From positions 66,345 through 130,344 of the forward strand of contig JACPHY010000016.1 in the NCBI GenBank assembly GCA_016188355.1: a stretch of DNA of 64,000 nt, given 5' to 3'. This document shows, piece by piece, positions 45,956-54,888 of the stretch. Numbering within the stretch: position 1 is the first letter of the stretch; every line of letters starts with the position of its first letter. Origin of the DNA: Candidatus Uhrbacteria bacterium (GTDB taxonomy: Bacteria > Patescibacteriota > Patescibacteriia > JACPHY01). The notes beneath the pieces were generated by a model, which saw only the letters and a list, made by a program, of their open reading frames with translations, had not been told where the DNA came from and did no database searches. The position numbers were made by a program, and so were the translations under genes.

Positions 45956-46807
45956 ATGGCACAACCTTCCTCACGAACCTCCGATTATCGGGGGGAGGGG
46001 GGAGAGCGGGATCTCCGCCCCTACTTTTTCCGGCGAGAGGAAACCGACGTGCTCCGAGAAGCGCTTGAAGAGCTGCTCGTGCATCGGGTTGCCACGCGAT
46101 CGCAGGAGTCCGCGCGTGGATTTGAACGCGAGGTGCTTCGCGAACAGCGGCAGACGCTCTTCGCGTATGACACCGCAATGCAGCATCTCTTCCATGGGGA
46201 CGTAGATGCATTTTGTGCGGCGCTTGATGACCCGCGATTGATGCATGAGCGGCTTGCAGCAATGTACCGATCGCTGCACGAGCATCCCGGTACGGAAGAT
46301 GCGGCGTCTTGGCATACCCGGTGGCAAGAAGAGCACGCGGAGCATCATGCGTGGGGGACCGCGCAGGAGCAGAGTGCCCCACCGGAACATGTGCCTTCGC
46401 TTGACGACGACCCCGTATACGACCTCGCATTCCGATGGTCATGCCGCGTCGATCGTTGGAGTCGTCGATTATACCTCGACCAGCGCGTGCACGATCGAGA
46501 CCTTTTTCGGGTGGTGGTGAATGCCGCATTGATCCCCGCGAAAGTCGCATTCGGTTTTTCGGGAGCTCTGGATCATGATGCTTCGGGGATGGAGGCGGCG
46601 CTCATTGGGTACCGTCAGGCCGCGATTTTCCTCGTGCGCGTACTCGAGTCGCTTGCCAATTGTTACGGGAAGCGCGTGGGGCGCACGCCCATGGTGCATG
46701 AGCTGCTGGACGAGGGGCGAGAACTCCTCGCGGACATTGAGATGAAAATTGCAGAAATTGAATCCCACTTGCGACACCGTGGTCGTTCTCGACCGTCACA
46801 TGGGTAA
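45956..46807 (+). CDS. Hypothetical protein
   Basis: 283-aa ORF with helical, charged composition, followed by a terminator at 46827. No family recognised. Confidence 0.45.
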   Translation: MAQPSSRTSDYRGEGGERDLRPYFFRREETDVLREALEELLVHRVATRSQESARGFEREVLREQRQTLFAYDTAMQHLFHGDVDAFCAALDDPRLMHERLAAMYRSLHEHPGTEDAASWHTRWQEEHAEHHAWGTAQEQSAPPEHVPSLDDDPVYDLAFRWSCRVDRWSRRLYLDQRVHDRDLFRVVVNAALIPAKVAFGFSGALDHDASGMEAALIGYRQAAIFLVRVLESLANCYGKRVGRTPMVHELLDEGRELLADIEMKIAEIESHLRHRGRSRPSHG

Positions 46808-46826
46808 TTTTTGGGAGATGACGCAC

Positions 46827-46860
46827 AACGACCTGCCCATTCGGGAGGTCGTTTTGTGTT
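46827..46860 (+). terminator. Hairpin AACGACCT-N-AGGTCGTT + TTGTGTTTCATTG
   Basis: Stem plus U-rich tail 20 nt after the stop at 46807. Confidence 0.55.
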
Positions 46861-46885
46861 TCATTGCGGCAAAATTTGGAAATTC

Positions 46886-46930
46886 TTGACGGAGCTAGGA
46901 ATTTTGCGTTAGGATTCGGATATTCCGAAT
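46886..46930 (+). promoter_or_regulatory. Putative promoter (TTGACG -35 at 46886) and 17-bp perfect palindrome ATTCGGA-TAT-TCCGAAT (46914..46930) upstream of the Rrf2 regulator
   Basis: Seen directly. The palindrome sits between the -35 and the first gene of the isc-like operon, the position expected for an autoregulatory Rrf2/IscR-type operator. Confidence 0.45.
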
Positions 46931-46969
46931 CTCCACTTGGATTTTTTCTCGACTGGTTTGGTTGCTCCT

Positions 46970-47464
46970 ATGGAAACTCTGGAAATCCCCTCCGAGACCA
47001 CGACGCAGGCGCCTGCAGAGCTTGCTCGGTATTTTCGCATTTCGAGCCGCACGCATCACGGTATCGTGTTTGCGGCGGAGCTCGCGCGCGCGACGGCGCA
47101 CGAACGACCGGTGGCCATTGTAACCATTGCGGATCGCATGGGGCTTTCGGCGGGATATCTCGAGGAGCTTGCGCGGTGCCTTCGTGAGGGTGGCATCATT
47201 CGTGGGTCCCGAGGACGGCACGGCGGGTATCGACTCGCGAAATCTCCGGAGCGGATAACGATGGGGGAGTTAGTGCGCCTCCTCGATGGTCCGGTGCTGC
47301 TGGCGCACTGCCAGGATACGGGCATCTCCATGCCATGTCCGGCGCAGGCGTCTTGCGCGAGCCGCTTCTTCTTCCATCGTCTAAAGATGGTGATTGATCG
47401 GGAATTGGATGCGACCACACTCGCAGATCTCTTTGCTGGAGAAGGATCACATCGGAGCGTATGA
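46970..47464 (+). CDS. Rrf2-family transcriptional regulator (IscR-like, with Cys cluster)
   Basis: …ARYFRISSRTHHGIVFAAELAR…IADRMGLSAGYLEELARCLREGGIIRGSRGRHGGYRLA… with C-x5-C-x5-C near the C-terminus. Confidence 0.75.
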   Translation: METLEIPSETTTQAPAELARYFRISSRTHHGIVFAAELARATAHERPVAIVTIADRMGLSAGYLEELARCLREGGIIRGSRGRHGGYRLAKSPERITMGELVRLLDGPVLLAHCQDTGISMPCPAQASCASRFFFHRLKMVIDRELDATTLADLFAGEGSHRSV

Positions 47465-48768
47465 TGTTGCCCGAGGCTTCACCACGAAACGTTTATCTCG
47501 ATCACGCTGCAACGACACCCATGGACGCACGGGTGTTGGATGCCATGCGTCCGTATTTTATTGAGGAGTACGGGAATCCGTCGTCGCTCTATGCGGCGGG
47601 TCGACGGGCAAAGGAAGCCATGGATGATGCGCGTCGCCGGGTTGCGGCAGTGCTCCAGTGCAGCCCCGAGGAGCTGGTATTTACCGGGAGCGGAACGGAG
47701 AGTGACAACATGGCGCTGCTCGGTGTCGCGCGGCACTACCGCCCCCGAGGTAACCACGTGCTCGTTTCTGCGATTGAGCATCATGCCGTATTGCATGCGG
47801 CGGAGCAGCTCCGGAAGGAGGGATGCGCCGTCGATCTTCTGCCGGTGGATTCGTATGGTGTCCTCGATCCCCTGCAGGTGCGTTCTGCGCTTCGGCCAGA
47901 AACCTCGATTGTTTCCGTCATGCTGGCGAATAACGAAATTGGCACCATCGAACCCATCTCGGCGATTGCACGCGTCATTCGGGAATGGAAGCAGGAGCAC
48001 GATCGGAAGCCAAATGATCCGCCATTCCTCCATACGGACGCCTGTCAGGCAGCAGGTGTGTTGCCGCTCCACGTGTCGAAGCTTGGCGTCGATCTCCTCA
48101 CCATGAACGGCGCAAAGATCTACGGACCAAAAGGAACCGGATCGCTCTACGTGCGTCGCGGCGTGCGGCTGGAGCCGCTCGTATTCGGTGGTGGGCAGGA
48201 GCATCGGTTGCGTTCCGGTACGGAAAACGTGGCCGGGATTGTCGGATTTGCGACCGCGCTCGAAATCGCGGAATCCCTGCGCGTGACCGAATCGGCGCGC
48301 CTGCAGGTGCTCCGGGATGCGCTGATCACGGGGATCATGGAGCGTATTCCGAAGGTGGTGCTCAACGGCCACCCTACGGAGCGTTTGCCGAATAATGTGA
48401 ACGTGTCCGTGCTGGATATTGAGGGAGAAGCGATGCTGCTCTATCTCGACGCGCACGGCATTGCTGCGGCGACGGGATCCGCGTGTGATTCGCAATCCCT
48501 CGATCCTAGTCACGTCATCCTGGCGATTGGACGGCCGTATGAATATGCGCACGCGAGTATTCGATTCACGTTAGGGCGATCGACCACGGCGACGGATATC
48601 GCCTACGTACTCGAAGTATTGCCGGGTATCGTCGAGCAATTGCGGAAGATTTCACCGGTCCGCCTCGCGCTCCATGAAGAGCGTCGCGTGGTGGGATCAG
48701 GCGGAACCCCGGACACGTCGCGCGCGTTCGTGGGCCAAGGACGGCCACATTGGGAGGGGCGGAAATAA
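47461..48768 (+). CDS. iscS: Cysteine desulfurase (IscS/NifS class)
   Basis: …VYLDHAATTPMD…, PLP Lys in …NGAKIYGPKGTGSLYV…, active-site loop …SGSACDSQSLDPSHV…. Confidence 0.9.
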   Translation: MMLPEASPRNVYLDHAATTPMDARVLDAMRPYFIEEYGNPSSLYAAGRRAKEAMDDARRRVAAVLQCSPEELVFTGSGTESDNMALLGVARHYRPRGNHVLVSAIEHHAVLHAAEQLRKEGCAVDLLPVDSYGVLDPLQVRSALRPETSIVSVMLANNEIGTIEPISAIARVIREWKQEHDRKPNDPPFLHTDACQAAGVLPLHVSKLGVDLLTMNGAKIYGPKGTGSLYVRRGVRLEPLVFGGGQEHRLRSGTENVAGIVGFATALEIAESLRVTESARLQVLRDALITGIMERIPKVVLNGHPTERLPNNVNVSVLDIEGEAMLLYLDAHGIAAATGSACDSQSLDPSHVILAIGRPYEYAHASIRFTLGRSTTATDIAYVLEVLPGIVEQLRKISPVRLALHEERRVVGSGGTPDTSRAFVGQGRPHWEGRK

Positions 48769-48778
48769 TCATAGCCAT

Positions 48779-49456
48779 ATGGATGGGACGAAACCGGTGA
48801 CGACACGGGACATGGCGGGATCTGCCGTCGTCAATCAACATACCGGGGAGAAGTGGGTCTATTCACCCATCGTGAAAGACCATTTTTTCCATCCGCGCAA
48901 TCTCCTCCTCGAGGATCCGAAGGAGGGGGAGTTTGATGCGGTGGGCATGGTGGGGTCGCCCGCGTGTGGCGATGTGATGAAAATTTGGATTTCTGTGGAT
49001 CCGATGACCGAGCGCGTGACACAGATGAAGTGGCAGACCTTCGGATGTGGTTCCGCGATTGCATCGACGTCGATGTTCTCCGTCATGGTGACGGAAGATG
49101 GTGGCATGCGTCTCGTGGATGCGTTGCGGATTAAGCCGCAGCAGGTCATGGAGCGGCTCGCGGGATTGCCGGATCGGAAAATCCACTGCTCCGTGTTGGC
49201 GGACAAGGCATTCCGAAAAGCCGTGAATGAGTATTTTCGACTCACCGCACAACATGAGCGCGTTATGGTGGAGGGAGCGCGGGTGATGGATGCGCGACTC
49301 CACATCACCGATCACGATATCGAAGAGGCGGTGCTGGAAGGGGCGCAGACCTTGGAGGAGGTGCAAAAGAAATTGAAGGTGGGTGTCGGTGATCCGGAGG
49401 CGATACCTGCCATTGAGGAGCTTATCCGGTTCTACAAGGAAAAGTACTTTGGTTAG
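48779..49456 (+). CDS. Fe-S cluster scaffold, IscU/NifU N-terminal domain with C-terminal extension
   Basis: …VKDHFFHPRN…GSPACGDVMKIWISVD…QTFGCGSAIASTSMFSVM…KIHCSVLADKAF shows the three conserved scaffold Cys. Confidence 0.8.
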   Translation: MDGTKPVTTRDMAGSAVVNQHTGEKWVYSPIVKDHFFHPRNLLLEDPKEGEFDAVGMVGSPACGDVMKIWISVDPMTERVTQMKWQTFGCGSAIASTSMFSVMVTEDGGMRLVDALRIKPQQVMERLAGLPDRKIHCSVLADKAFRKAVNEYFRLTAQHERVMVEGARVMDARLHITDHDIEEAVLEGAQTLEEVQKKLKVGVGDPEAIPAIEELIRFYKEKYFG

Positions 49457-49466
49457 CACGGCATGC

Positions 49467-49709
49467 ATGGACACCGCATCACCCACCATTCGAGCACAAG
49501 TGGAGGCGATCCTCGAGGAGGTTCGTCCGAATCTGCGGGCGCACGAGGGCGATGCACGGCTCGCTGATGTTGATGATCAGGGGAACGTCACGCTGAAAAT
49601 TGAGGGCGCCTGTCGCGGGTGTCCGATGTCGGCGTTGACGTTCGGACTGGGCGTTGAGAAAATGATTCGGGAACGCGTGCCCGAAGTGAACGAAGTGTAC
49701 TATTCCTAG
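49467..49709 (+). CDS. NifU C-terminal (Nfu-type) domain protein
   Basis: …LEEVRPNLRAHEGDARLADVDDQGNVTLKIEGACRGCPMSALTFGLGVEKMIRERVPEV… with a CxxC motif. Confidence 0.65.
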   Translation: MDTASPTIRAQVEAILEEVRPNLRAHEGDARLADVDDQGNVTLKIEGACRGCPMSALTFGLGVEKMIRERVPEVNEVYYS

Positions 49710-49720
49710 CGCAATGTGGT

Positions 49721-49957
49721 ATGGCGAGAATCGCAAAGATCGTGATTGATCGGGATCTCTGTATTGGTGCGGCATCGTGCGTCACGATCATGCCGACCGT
49801 GTTTCAACTGGACGAGGAAAATAAGGCGGTGCTCGTGGCGGGGAGTGATGCGCAATGGGAGGATACGGAAACGGTTCTCATGGCTGCACAATCCTGTCCC
49901 ACGAAGGCGATTTTCCTCTACGACGAGGCAGGCAATCAGCTGTACCCCGAATCGTAG
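49721..49957 (+). CDS. Small ferredoxin (single [3Fe-4S]/[4Fe-4S] cluster type)
   Basis: …IVIDRDLCIGAASCVTIMPTVF…AQSCPTKAI: C-x4-C…CP pattern. Confidence 0.65.
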   Translation: MARIAKIVIDRDLCIGAASCVTIMPTVFQLDEENKAVLVAGSDAQWEDTETVLMAAQSCPTKAIFLYDEAGNQLYPES

Positions 49958-49959
49958 GT

Positions 49960-50253
49960 GTGCAGCAAATTGCAACCATCGCGGAACTCGCGCGTATTCC
50001 CTGGAAGGAGTTCGTGTATCGCGGCCGGCCGGCGATCCTTGTGCAGAGCGAGGACGAGATTCGTGCGTTCTACAATATCTGCACGCATGATGGGGGGTGT
50101 TGTGCGCTGATTGGTCGTGATTTGGTCTGCGAATCGCACGGCGCCCGTTTTAATCCCGTAAGTGGAAAGGCGCTCTCTGCGCCGGCGCCCATGGGTACCT
50201 TTCTCACAAAAATTTCTGTTCGGATCGAAATGGGCGCAGTCTTCGTTGATTAA
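49960..50253 (+). CDS. Rieske [2Fe-2S] domain protein (GTG start inferred)
   Basis: …FYNICTHDGGCCAL…CESHGARFN… CxH…CxxH Rieske ligands. No in-frame ATG after the ferredoxin stop, so GTG at 49960 is proposed. Confidence 0.55.
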   Translation: MQQIATIAELARIPWKEFVYRGRPAILVQSEDEIRAFYNICTHDGGCCALIGRDLVCESHGARFNPVSGKALSAPAPMGTFLTKISVRIEMGAVFVD

Positions 50254-50264
50254 TTAATGGTGCT

Positions 50265-50897
50265 ATGGAACATACTGCATCGAGTACTTCGTACGAGCCA
50301 AAGCCGCTCCCATTCCAGCAGAGTTTGATTGGTATTTCCGAGAAGGCGATGCAGATCCACCATGACAAGCTGTACGCGGGGTACGTGCAGAAGATGCAGG
50401 AGATCGGCGAGAAGCTCAAAGTCATGTGCGCGAACGGCGTCGGTCTCGACTCCGCGAACGCGACCTATTCCGAACTTCGTGCACTTCGGGATGGGGAGAC
50501 ATTTGCCGTGAATGGCGTCTACCTGCACGAGTACTACTTCAACGTCCTTGGTGGAAATGGGAAACCGGAGGGATCGCTCGTGGATGCGATTGTGGCGAAG
50601 TACGGGACGCTCGAGCAGTTTGTGGCATTTTTTTCCGCAACGGGAATGGCGGTTCGTGGCTGGGTGGTGCTCGCGTGGGATACGCACGCCGGTCGATTGA
50701 AAATCTACGGCGCGGATAGTCACAACCAGGGTGGCGTGTGGGGGGCGATGCCGATCATTGTGCTCGATGTGTACGAGCATGCGTATTTCATGGATTACGG
50801 ATCGGATCGAAAGAAATACATTGAGGATTTTTGGACGAACATGAATTGGGCTGCGGCCACTGCGGTGTACGAGCGTGCGCGGGGGACGGTGCGGTAG
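50265..50897 (+). CDS. sodA: Fe/Mn superoxide dismutase
   Basis: …IHHDKLYAGYV…, …WGWVVLAWD…, …VLDVYEHAYFMDYG… metal ligands H, H, D, H present. Confidence 0.9.
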   Translation: MEHTASSTSYEPKPLPFQQSLIGISEKAMQIHHDKLYAGYVQKMQEIGEKLKVMCANGVGLDSANATYSELRALRDGETFAVNGVYLHEYYFNVLGGNGKPEGSLVDAIVAKYGTLEQFVAFFSATGMAVRGWVVLAWDTHAGRLKIYGADSHNQGGVWGAMPIIVLDVYEHAYFMDYGSDRKKYIEDFWTNMNWAAATAVYERARGTVR

Positions 50898-50971
50898 CCC
50901 ATGTGGTGGGAGGATCGTACGGGGTGCCGGGGTGTGGTAGACTGAGAAAGTCTCTTGTTTCCCATAACCAT

Positions 50972-51508
50972 ATGATCCACGTCGGTCAATCAGCTCCTGC
51001 GTTTGCGCGGGTCACGGCGTATCAGAGGAATTATGAGGGATTCCGGCAGGTGAGTCTCGCGGATTATCGCGGAAAATGGGTAGTGCTATTCTTCTACCCG
51101 CGCGATTTTACGTTTATTTGCCCAACGGAGATTGAGGGATTTGCGCAGCAAGAGGAGGCATTCCGAAAGCTCGGCACGGAAATTCTTGCGGCGTCCACCG
51201 ACTCGGAATGGAGTCATCAGGCATGGTTCACCACCGATCCACGACTCCAGCAGGTCGCGTACCCGGTGCTTGCCGATACGAATCATCGCCTCGCGCGTGA
51301 GTACGATGTGTACAATGAGGAAGCGGGTCTTGCCGAGCGCGGGCTCTTCATTATCGATCCACAGGGAGTGGTGCAGTATGCGTTGGTGAGCGCGGGCGCA
51401 GTGGGTCGTTCGGTGGAGGAGACATTGCGCGTCGTGCAGGCGCTGCAGAGCGGCGAACTCTGTCCCATCAATTGGCGACCAGGGCAAAAGACACTGGGGA
51501 AGGCGTAG
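50972..51508 (+). CDS. 2-Cys peroxiredoxin (AhpC/Tsa family)
   Basis: …LADYRGKWVVLFFYPRDFTFICPTEI… peroxidatic Cys motif. A resolving Cys is present near the C-terminus. Confidence 0.85.
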   Translation: MIHVGQSAPAFARVTAYQRNYEGFRQVSLADYRGKWVVLFFYPRDFTFICPTEIEGFAQQEEAFRKLGTEILAASTDSEWSHQAWFTTDPRLQQVAYPVLADTNHRLAREYDVYNEEAGLAERGLFIIDPQGVVQYALVSAGAVGRSVEETLRVVQALQSGELCPINWRPGQKTLGKA

Positions 51509-51536
51509 GTGCATTGCGAATATACGGATCCGTTTC

Positions 51537-51764
51537 GTGATGTTGCAGGAGCATGCATATATGGATCCCTACGAAAAGTACATCGCATCCAATCCGTCGA
51601 AGTGTATCGTTTGTGGCAGCGCCTTCGCCTCGGAGCGATCGGCGATTACGAAGGAGTTCACTGGAGAGTACTACTCGTTCTGTTCGTCGAGCTGTCTCGG
51701 GACGTTTGAGGCAGATCCAGAAAAGTTCGTGCGATTTGAGGAGGAAGAAGAGAACGGTCACTAG
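51537..51764 (+). CDS. TRASH/YHS-like metal-binding domain protein (75 aa)
   Basis: C-x2-C-x22-C-x3-C (CIVCG…FCSSSC) with an acidic C-terminal tail. Confidence 0.55.
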   Translation: MMLQEHAYMDPYEKYIASNPSKCIVCGSAFASERSAITKEFTGEYYSFCSSSCLGTFEADPEKFVRFEEEEENGH

Positions 51765-51851
51765 TGGGGGCGCATGTGGAGGAATGCCCTTGCATCATCA
51801 CTGCGCCGCAGCGTACGCTGAATGCTGGTCCATGTAACGTGTAACGTGTCT

Positions 51852-52091
51852 ATGGCACCGCAGATTACTGTTTACTCGACTCCGTCCTGTCCGTATTGCA
51901 AGCTGGCAAAAGAATATTTGCACGCGAAGAATTTCGCATACACAGAAATCGATGTCGCGGCCGATTCGGAGAAGGCCGAAGAAATGATTCAGAAATCCGG
52001 TCAAATGGGTGTGCCGGTCATCGATATCGGGGGTACGATCATTGTGGGTTTCGACAAGCCGAAGATGAACGCAGCGCTCGGCATTGCATGA
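51852..52091 (+). CDS. Glutaredoxin (CPYC, NrdH/Grx-like)
   Basis: …ITVYSTPSCPYCKLAKEYL… and …GVPVIDIGG… thioredoxin-fold motifs. Confidence 0.75.
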   Translation: MAPQITVYSTPSCPYCKLAKEYLHAKNFAYTEIDVAADSEKAEEMIQKSGQMGVPVIDIGGTIIVGFDKPKMNAALGIA

Positions 52092-52111
52092 GCGGACGTC
52101 GTGCAGGAGAA

Positions 52112-52142
52112 ACGCCACCGGCGATATGATCGCCGGTGGCGT
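52112..52142. terminator. Bidirectional hairpin ACGCCACCGGCGAT-atg-ATCGCCGGTGGCGT
   Basis: Perfect 14-bp inverted repeat between convergent genes (+ stop at 52091, - stop at 52150). Confidence 0.55.
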
Positions 52143-52149
52143 GGTGTTG

Positions 52150-52992
52150 CTATGGGACGGGTTGCGCGGCGGCGACCTTCATGAACGGCGCGACGTCGTG
52201 CGCGATGATCGCGGCGAGTTCCATGAGGCAGCGCGCACCGGCGACCTGGTCGCGATCCGAAAGTTCTTGGGGCGCGAGCGCAATACCCGCCCGAACCTGA
52301 ATGCGCCAGAGATCTTCGCGGAGGCGATCGACGGATCCAGGCATATCTCGGAGATGCTCCTGGGAGAAGAAGCGGCGTTCCCATTCGTCATCCGCGGTCA
52401 TTTGCTGCCAGCCATCCCACGTCAGCGCTCCGGTCCCGGTGCGGAGGTGTGGGGAGTTTTCGCGGAGTGCATCGAAGAGCATGGGGATCGCCATGAGCAT
52501 GCGGTGCGATGTGAGGAATTCGTAGTACCCGATGCGCATCGCAAGGAGCGCGAGCAGTTGTCGGAGGTCACGATGGTGGGAGGTGTGTCGCTCGTGCGTG
52601 CATGCGATGAATTCCGCCAATCGATGGAGATCCTGCCCGTTGAGGCGTGACACGTGTCGGGGATTGCTCGTGAAAAAGACGAGGAGCTTGGTGCTGGCGT
52701 TCATGTGCTGGAGCAGCGATTTGTCGGTCGCGAATTGCCGAACGAGCACTTGCCGTGCGAGGAGACGTTGTTCCTCGTCCCAGAGTGCGGGCGTTGCTTG
52801 GCGCGTTTCGTCACCGACGCGCATGAGGAGCGTCATGCTCCCATCGTCCTTTCGGCGTCCGATCTGCATGAGGAGTCCCGCGACGATGTCGTGGGGTGTT
52901 GCGGGGTTTTCGAGCATTGCGGCCAATTCGGGGATGGTCAGTGTCGGGCGGGTGGTGCGTGCATCGGATGATGACATCGTCGTTTCGGCCAT
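52150..52992 (-). CDS. Hypothetical protein (280 aa)
   Basis: ORF with plausible composition flanked by hairpins. No family recognised. Confidence 0.45.
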   Translation of the reverse strand: MAETTMSSSDARTTRPTLTIPELAAMLENPATPHDIVAGLLMQIGRRKDDGSMTLLMRVGDETRQATPALWDEEQRLLARQVLVRQFATDKSLLQHMNASTKLLVFFTSNPRHVSRLNGQDLHRLAEFIACTHERHTSHHRDLRQLLALLAMRIGYYEFLTSHRMLMAIPMLFDALRENSPHLRTGTGALTWDGWQQMTADDEWERRFFSQEHLRDMPGSVDRLREDLWRIQVRAGIALAPQELSDRDQVAGARCLMELAAIIAHDVAPFMKVAAAQPVP

Positions 52993-53124
52993 GAGGGTGC
53001 TCCATTTCTTGCGCCCCTATGTTCGAGGGAGCGCGGAGTACGTTGGGAAGGCGCGTCCCTGCTTTACCGCATTGACGCACGGGGACCGTATCAGAGGAGT
53101 TGTGGATCGTCAAGAGGGGCAAAA

Positions 53125-53150
53125 CCCCAGCCGGTGAGCTGGGGTACGTG
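53125..53150 (-). terminator. Hairpin CCCCAGC-N6-GCTGGGG with TTTTGCCCC on the minus-strand side
   Basis: Located 15 nt downstream (minus sense) of the stop at 53165. Confidence 0.5.
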
Positions 53151-53164
53151 TACGTGAGGGGTGT

Positions 53165-53611
53165 TTACTGGACGCTGTCCACGAGGGATTGGATTTCCGC
53201 GGCGTATCGGGTGTTCACCCATGCGATCGCCCAGAGCACGCCGCACGTCCACCCGGAATGCCAGGCGATGCGGAATCGTTTCCTTGAGGGATATCCCAGG
53301 AACGAGACGAGTGCGAGCGCACAATTGATTGCCGCAAGCCACTTGAAGAAGGGAAGGAATGCCTGGAAAATTTCCAGGTCCAATTTCGCGAGCATGATCG
53401 CGAGACTCCACATCATGGCGCGGAGTTCCGTAATGAGATCCCAGATTATCCAGAGGAGGAAGAGCGAGATTGTGGCGTTTTGGAGCAGTTGCCCTGCGCG
53501 ACGCCAGGACCATCGTTCCCGAAGCGCATCGAGTTCCTCCGCGACGACGGCGATCCATCCGAGATCGATCGGGAGGAATGATTCCAGCTTCGCCTTCACG
53601 AGGATGAGCAT
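53165..53611 (-). CDS. Small integral membrane protein, hypothetical (start uncertain)
   Basis: Hydrophobic helices (…ISLFLLWIIWDLI…, …FLPFFKWLAAINCALALVSFLGY…, …WTCGVLWAIAWV…). Longer ORF forms would overlap the upstream terminator. Confidence 0.4.
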   Translation of the reverse strand: MLILVKAKLESFLPIDLGWIAVVAEELDALRERWSWRRAGQLLQNATISLFLLWIIWDLITELRAMMWSLAIMLAKLDLEIFQAFLPFFKWLAAINCALALVSFLGYPSRKRFRIAWHSGWTCGVLWAIAWVNTRYAAEIQSLVDSVQ

Positions 53612-53695
53612 TGATTGTTTGGGAAGGGGCACATCGTCCACGCGGAGAGCATGCCATGATACGCCGCGCGTGTCGAGTGCTGGGGAGAATGAAAA

Positions 53696-53726
53696 GGCCC
53701 CCAACCGAATCGATCGGTTGGGGGCC
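53696..53726 (-). terminator. Perfect 13-bp hairpin GGCCCCCAACCGA-atcga-TCGGTTGGGGGCC with a U-tract on the minus-strand side
   Basis: Follows (minus sense) the stop at 53748. Minus-strand tail TTTTCATTCTCC. Confidence 0.6.
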
Positions 53727-53747
53727 TGAGATGTATGGGTTATCGCG

Positions 53748-54743
53748 TCACACCCACTCCTGATCGGAGGCGATCTGATGGTGGATCGAGGCAAGGATCC
53801 GGATCAGTGCTTGTGCGCAGGCGGTGATGTCGTGATCCTGAGAGCCTCCCACCTCGGCGCACAGCGCGAGGATGCGATGCTGATCGACCTCGAAGCTGTT
53901 GCGCTGCTTGAGGACCCCCCGGGCAGCGTCCGCGATGGTCAGCTGGGTTCCGTGGGGTGGCAGCGTGAGGAGCGTGGTGATTTCGAGTGGCGAGCGCCCT
54001 TCCGGGAACCAGGTGAGTCCGTCCGAGAACTTCTTGTGCGGCCAGATACCGCGTACGTGCTCCGCGAGCCACTGGTAGAGGAGGGGAACTGCGTCGTGAT
54101 CGCCGTTGCCGAGACACGCGAATCCGCGAGCGTGTACGAGCGCACGGAATGCGATTGCTTCGTCGGGTTCGCTAGTATCACCGGGCATGCGGAGTATCTC
54201 TTGCGTGGCGCAATCGCGATCACGTGCACGGACGCCCTGACGGAGTCGTTGCTCGAGGAATTGCTGCACCTTCGTGAGGTCCTGAGAACCGAGTCCGCGT
54301 ACGTGCTGTTCGGTAGCGGCGTAGAAGGCGGTCAGGTGTTGTTTTGCGTTGATGATCGCCGCCGACATCGCCCCGACGTGATCGTCCTTATCCAGGCGGG
54401 AGCGGTAGTATTTGTGGTGCCATTCCGTGATGGGTTCGAGGCCGTACCGCGCGAGCGTTGTGCGAGCTGCCTCGCGGAGGCGTCGGTCGGGTTCCTGGAT
54501 GTCCGTTTCGGAGCCGATCTCGGTGAGAAATCCAGCCATCTGGAGGAGTCGCTCATGGGTATGCTGGACGGGGGAGCATGTTCCGTTCCACGGAATTTCT
54601 GCGGATCGACTCGCGTGGATGAAGCCGATTCTGCTCTCGTAGTCCCCGTAGCGTCGATAGCGGTCTCGCAGTTCATCCCAGGAGATGCGCGGCCGCGACA
54701 GTTCCGAGGGTTTCGGCTGCCGTCGGGCATGTGCAGTTGCCAT
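53748..54743 (-). CDS. Hypothetical protein (332 aa)
   Basis: Start MATAHARR (rc ATG 54743) with AGGAG 7 nt upstream. No family recognised. Confidence 0.5.
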   Translation of the reverse strand: MATAHARRQPKPSELSRPRISWDELRDRYRRYGDYESRIGFIHASRSAEIPWNGTCSPVQHTHERLLQMAGFLTEIGSETDIQEPDRRLREAARTTLARYGLEPITEWHHKYYRSRLDKDDHVGAMSAAIINAKQHLTAFYAATEQHVRGLGSQDLTKVQQFLEQRLRQGVRARDRDCATQEILRMPGDTSEPDEAIAFRALVHARGFACLGNGDHDAVPLLYQWLAEHVRGIWPHKKFSDGLTWFPEGRSPLEITTLLTLPPHGTQLTIADAARGVLKQRNSFEVDQHRILALCAEVGGSQDHDITACAQALIRILASIHHQIASDQEWV

Positions 54744-54888
54744 GTTCCCGCTCCTTTGTGCGCGCGTCGTTATTTCGAAACGCGCAGATTGGGAATGTGC
54801 AGTTCCCTGCATCCGGCAGGTACGGATCCCATGTGCTGCGTGATACGCTGTACGCGAGACGAGCGTACGGTACTACGAATTTTATTTT

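Noticed and set aside
53748-54743. Fic/Doc-like toxin assignment for the hypothetical protein (segment HARGFACLGNGDH)
   Set aside because: Spacing does not match the HPFx(D/E)GNGR Fic motif. The resemblance is superficial.
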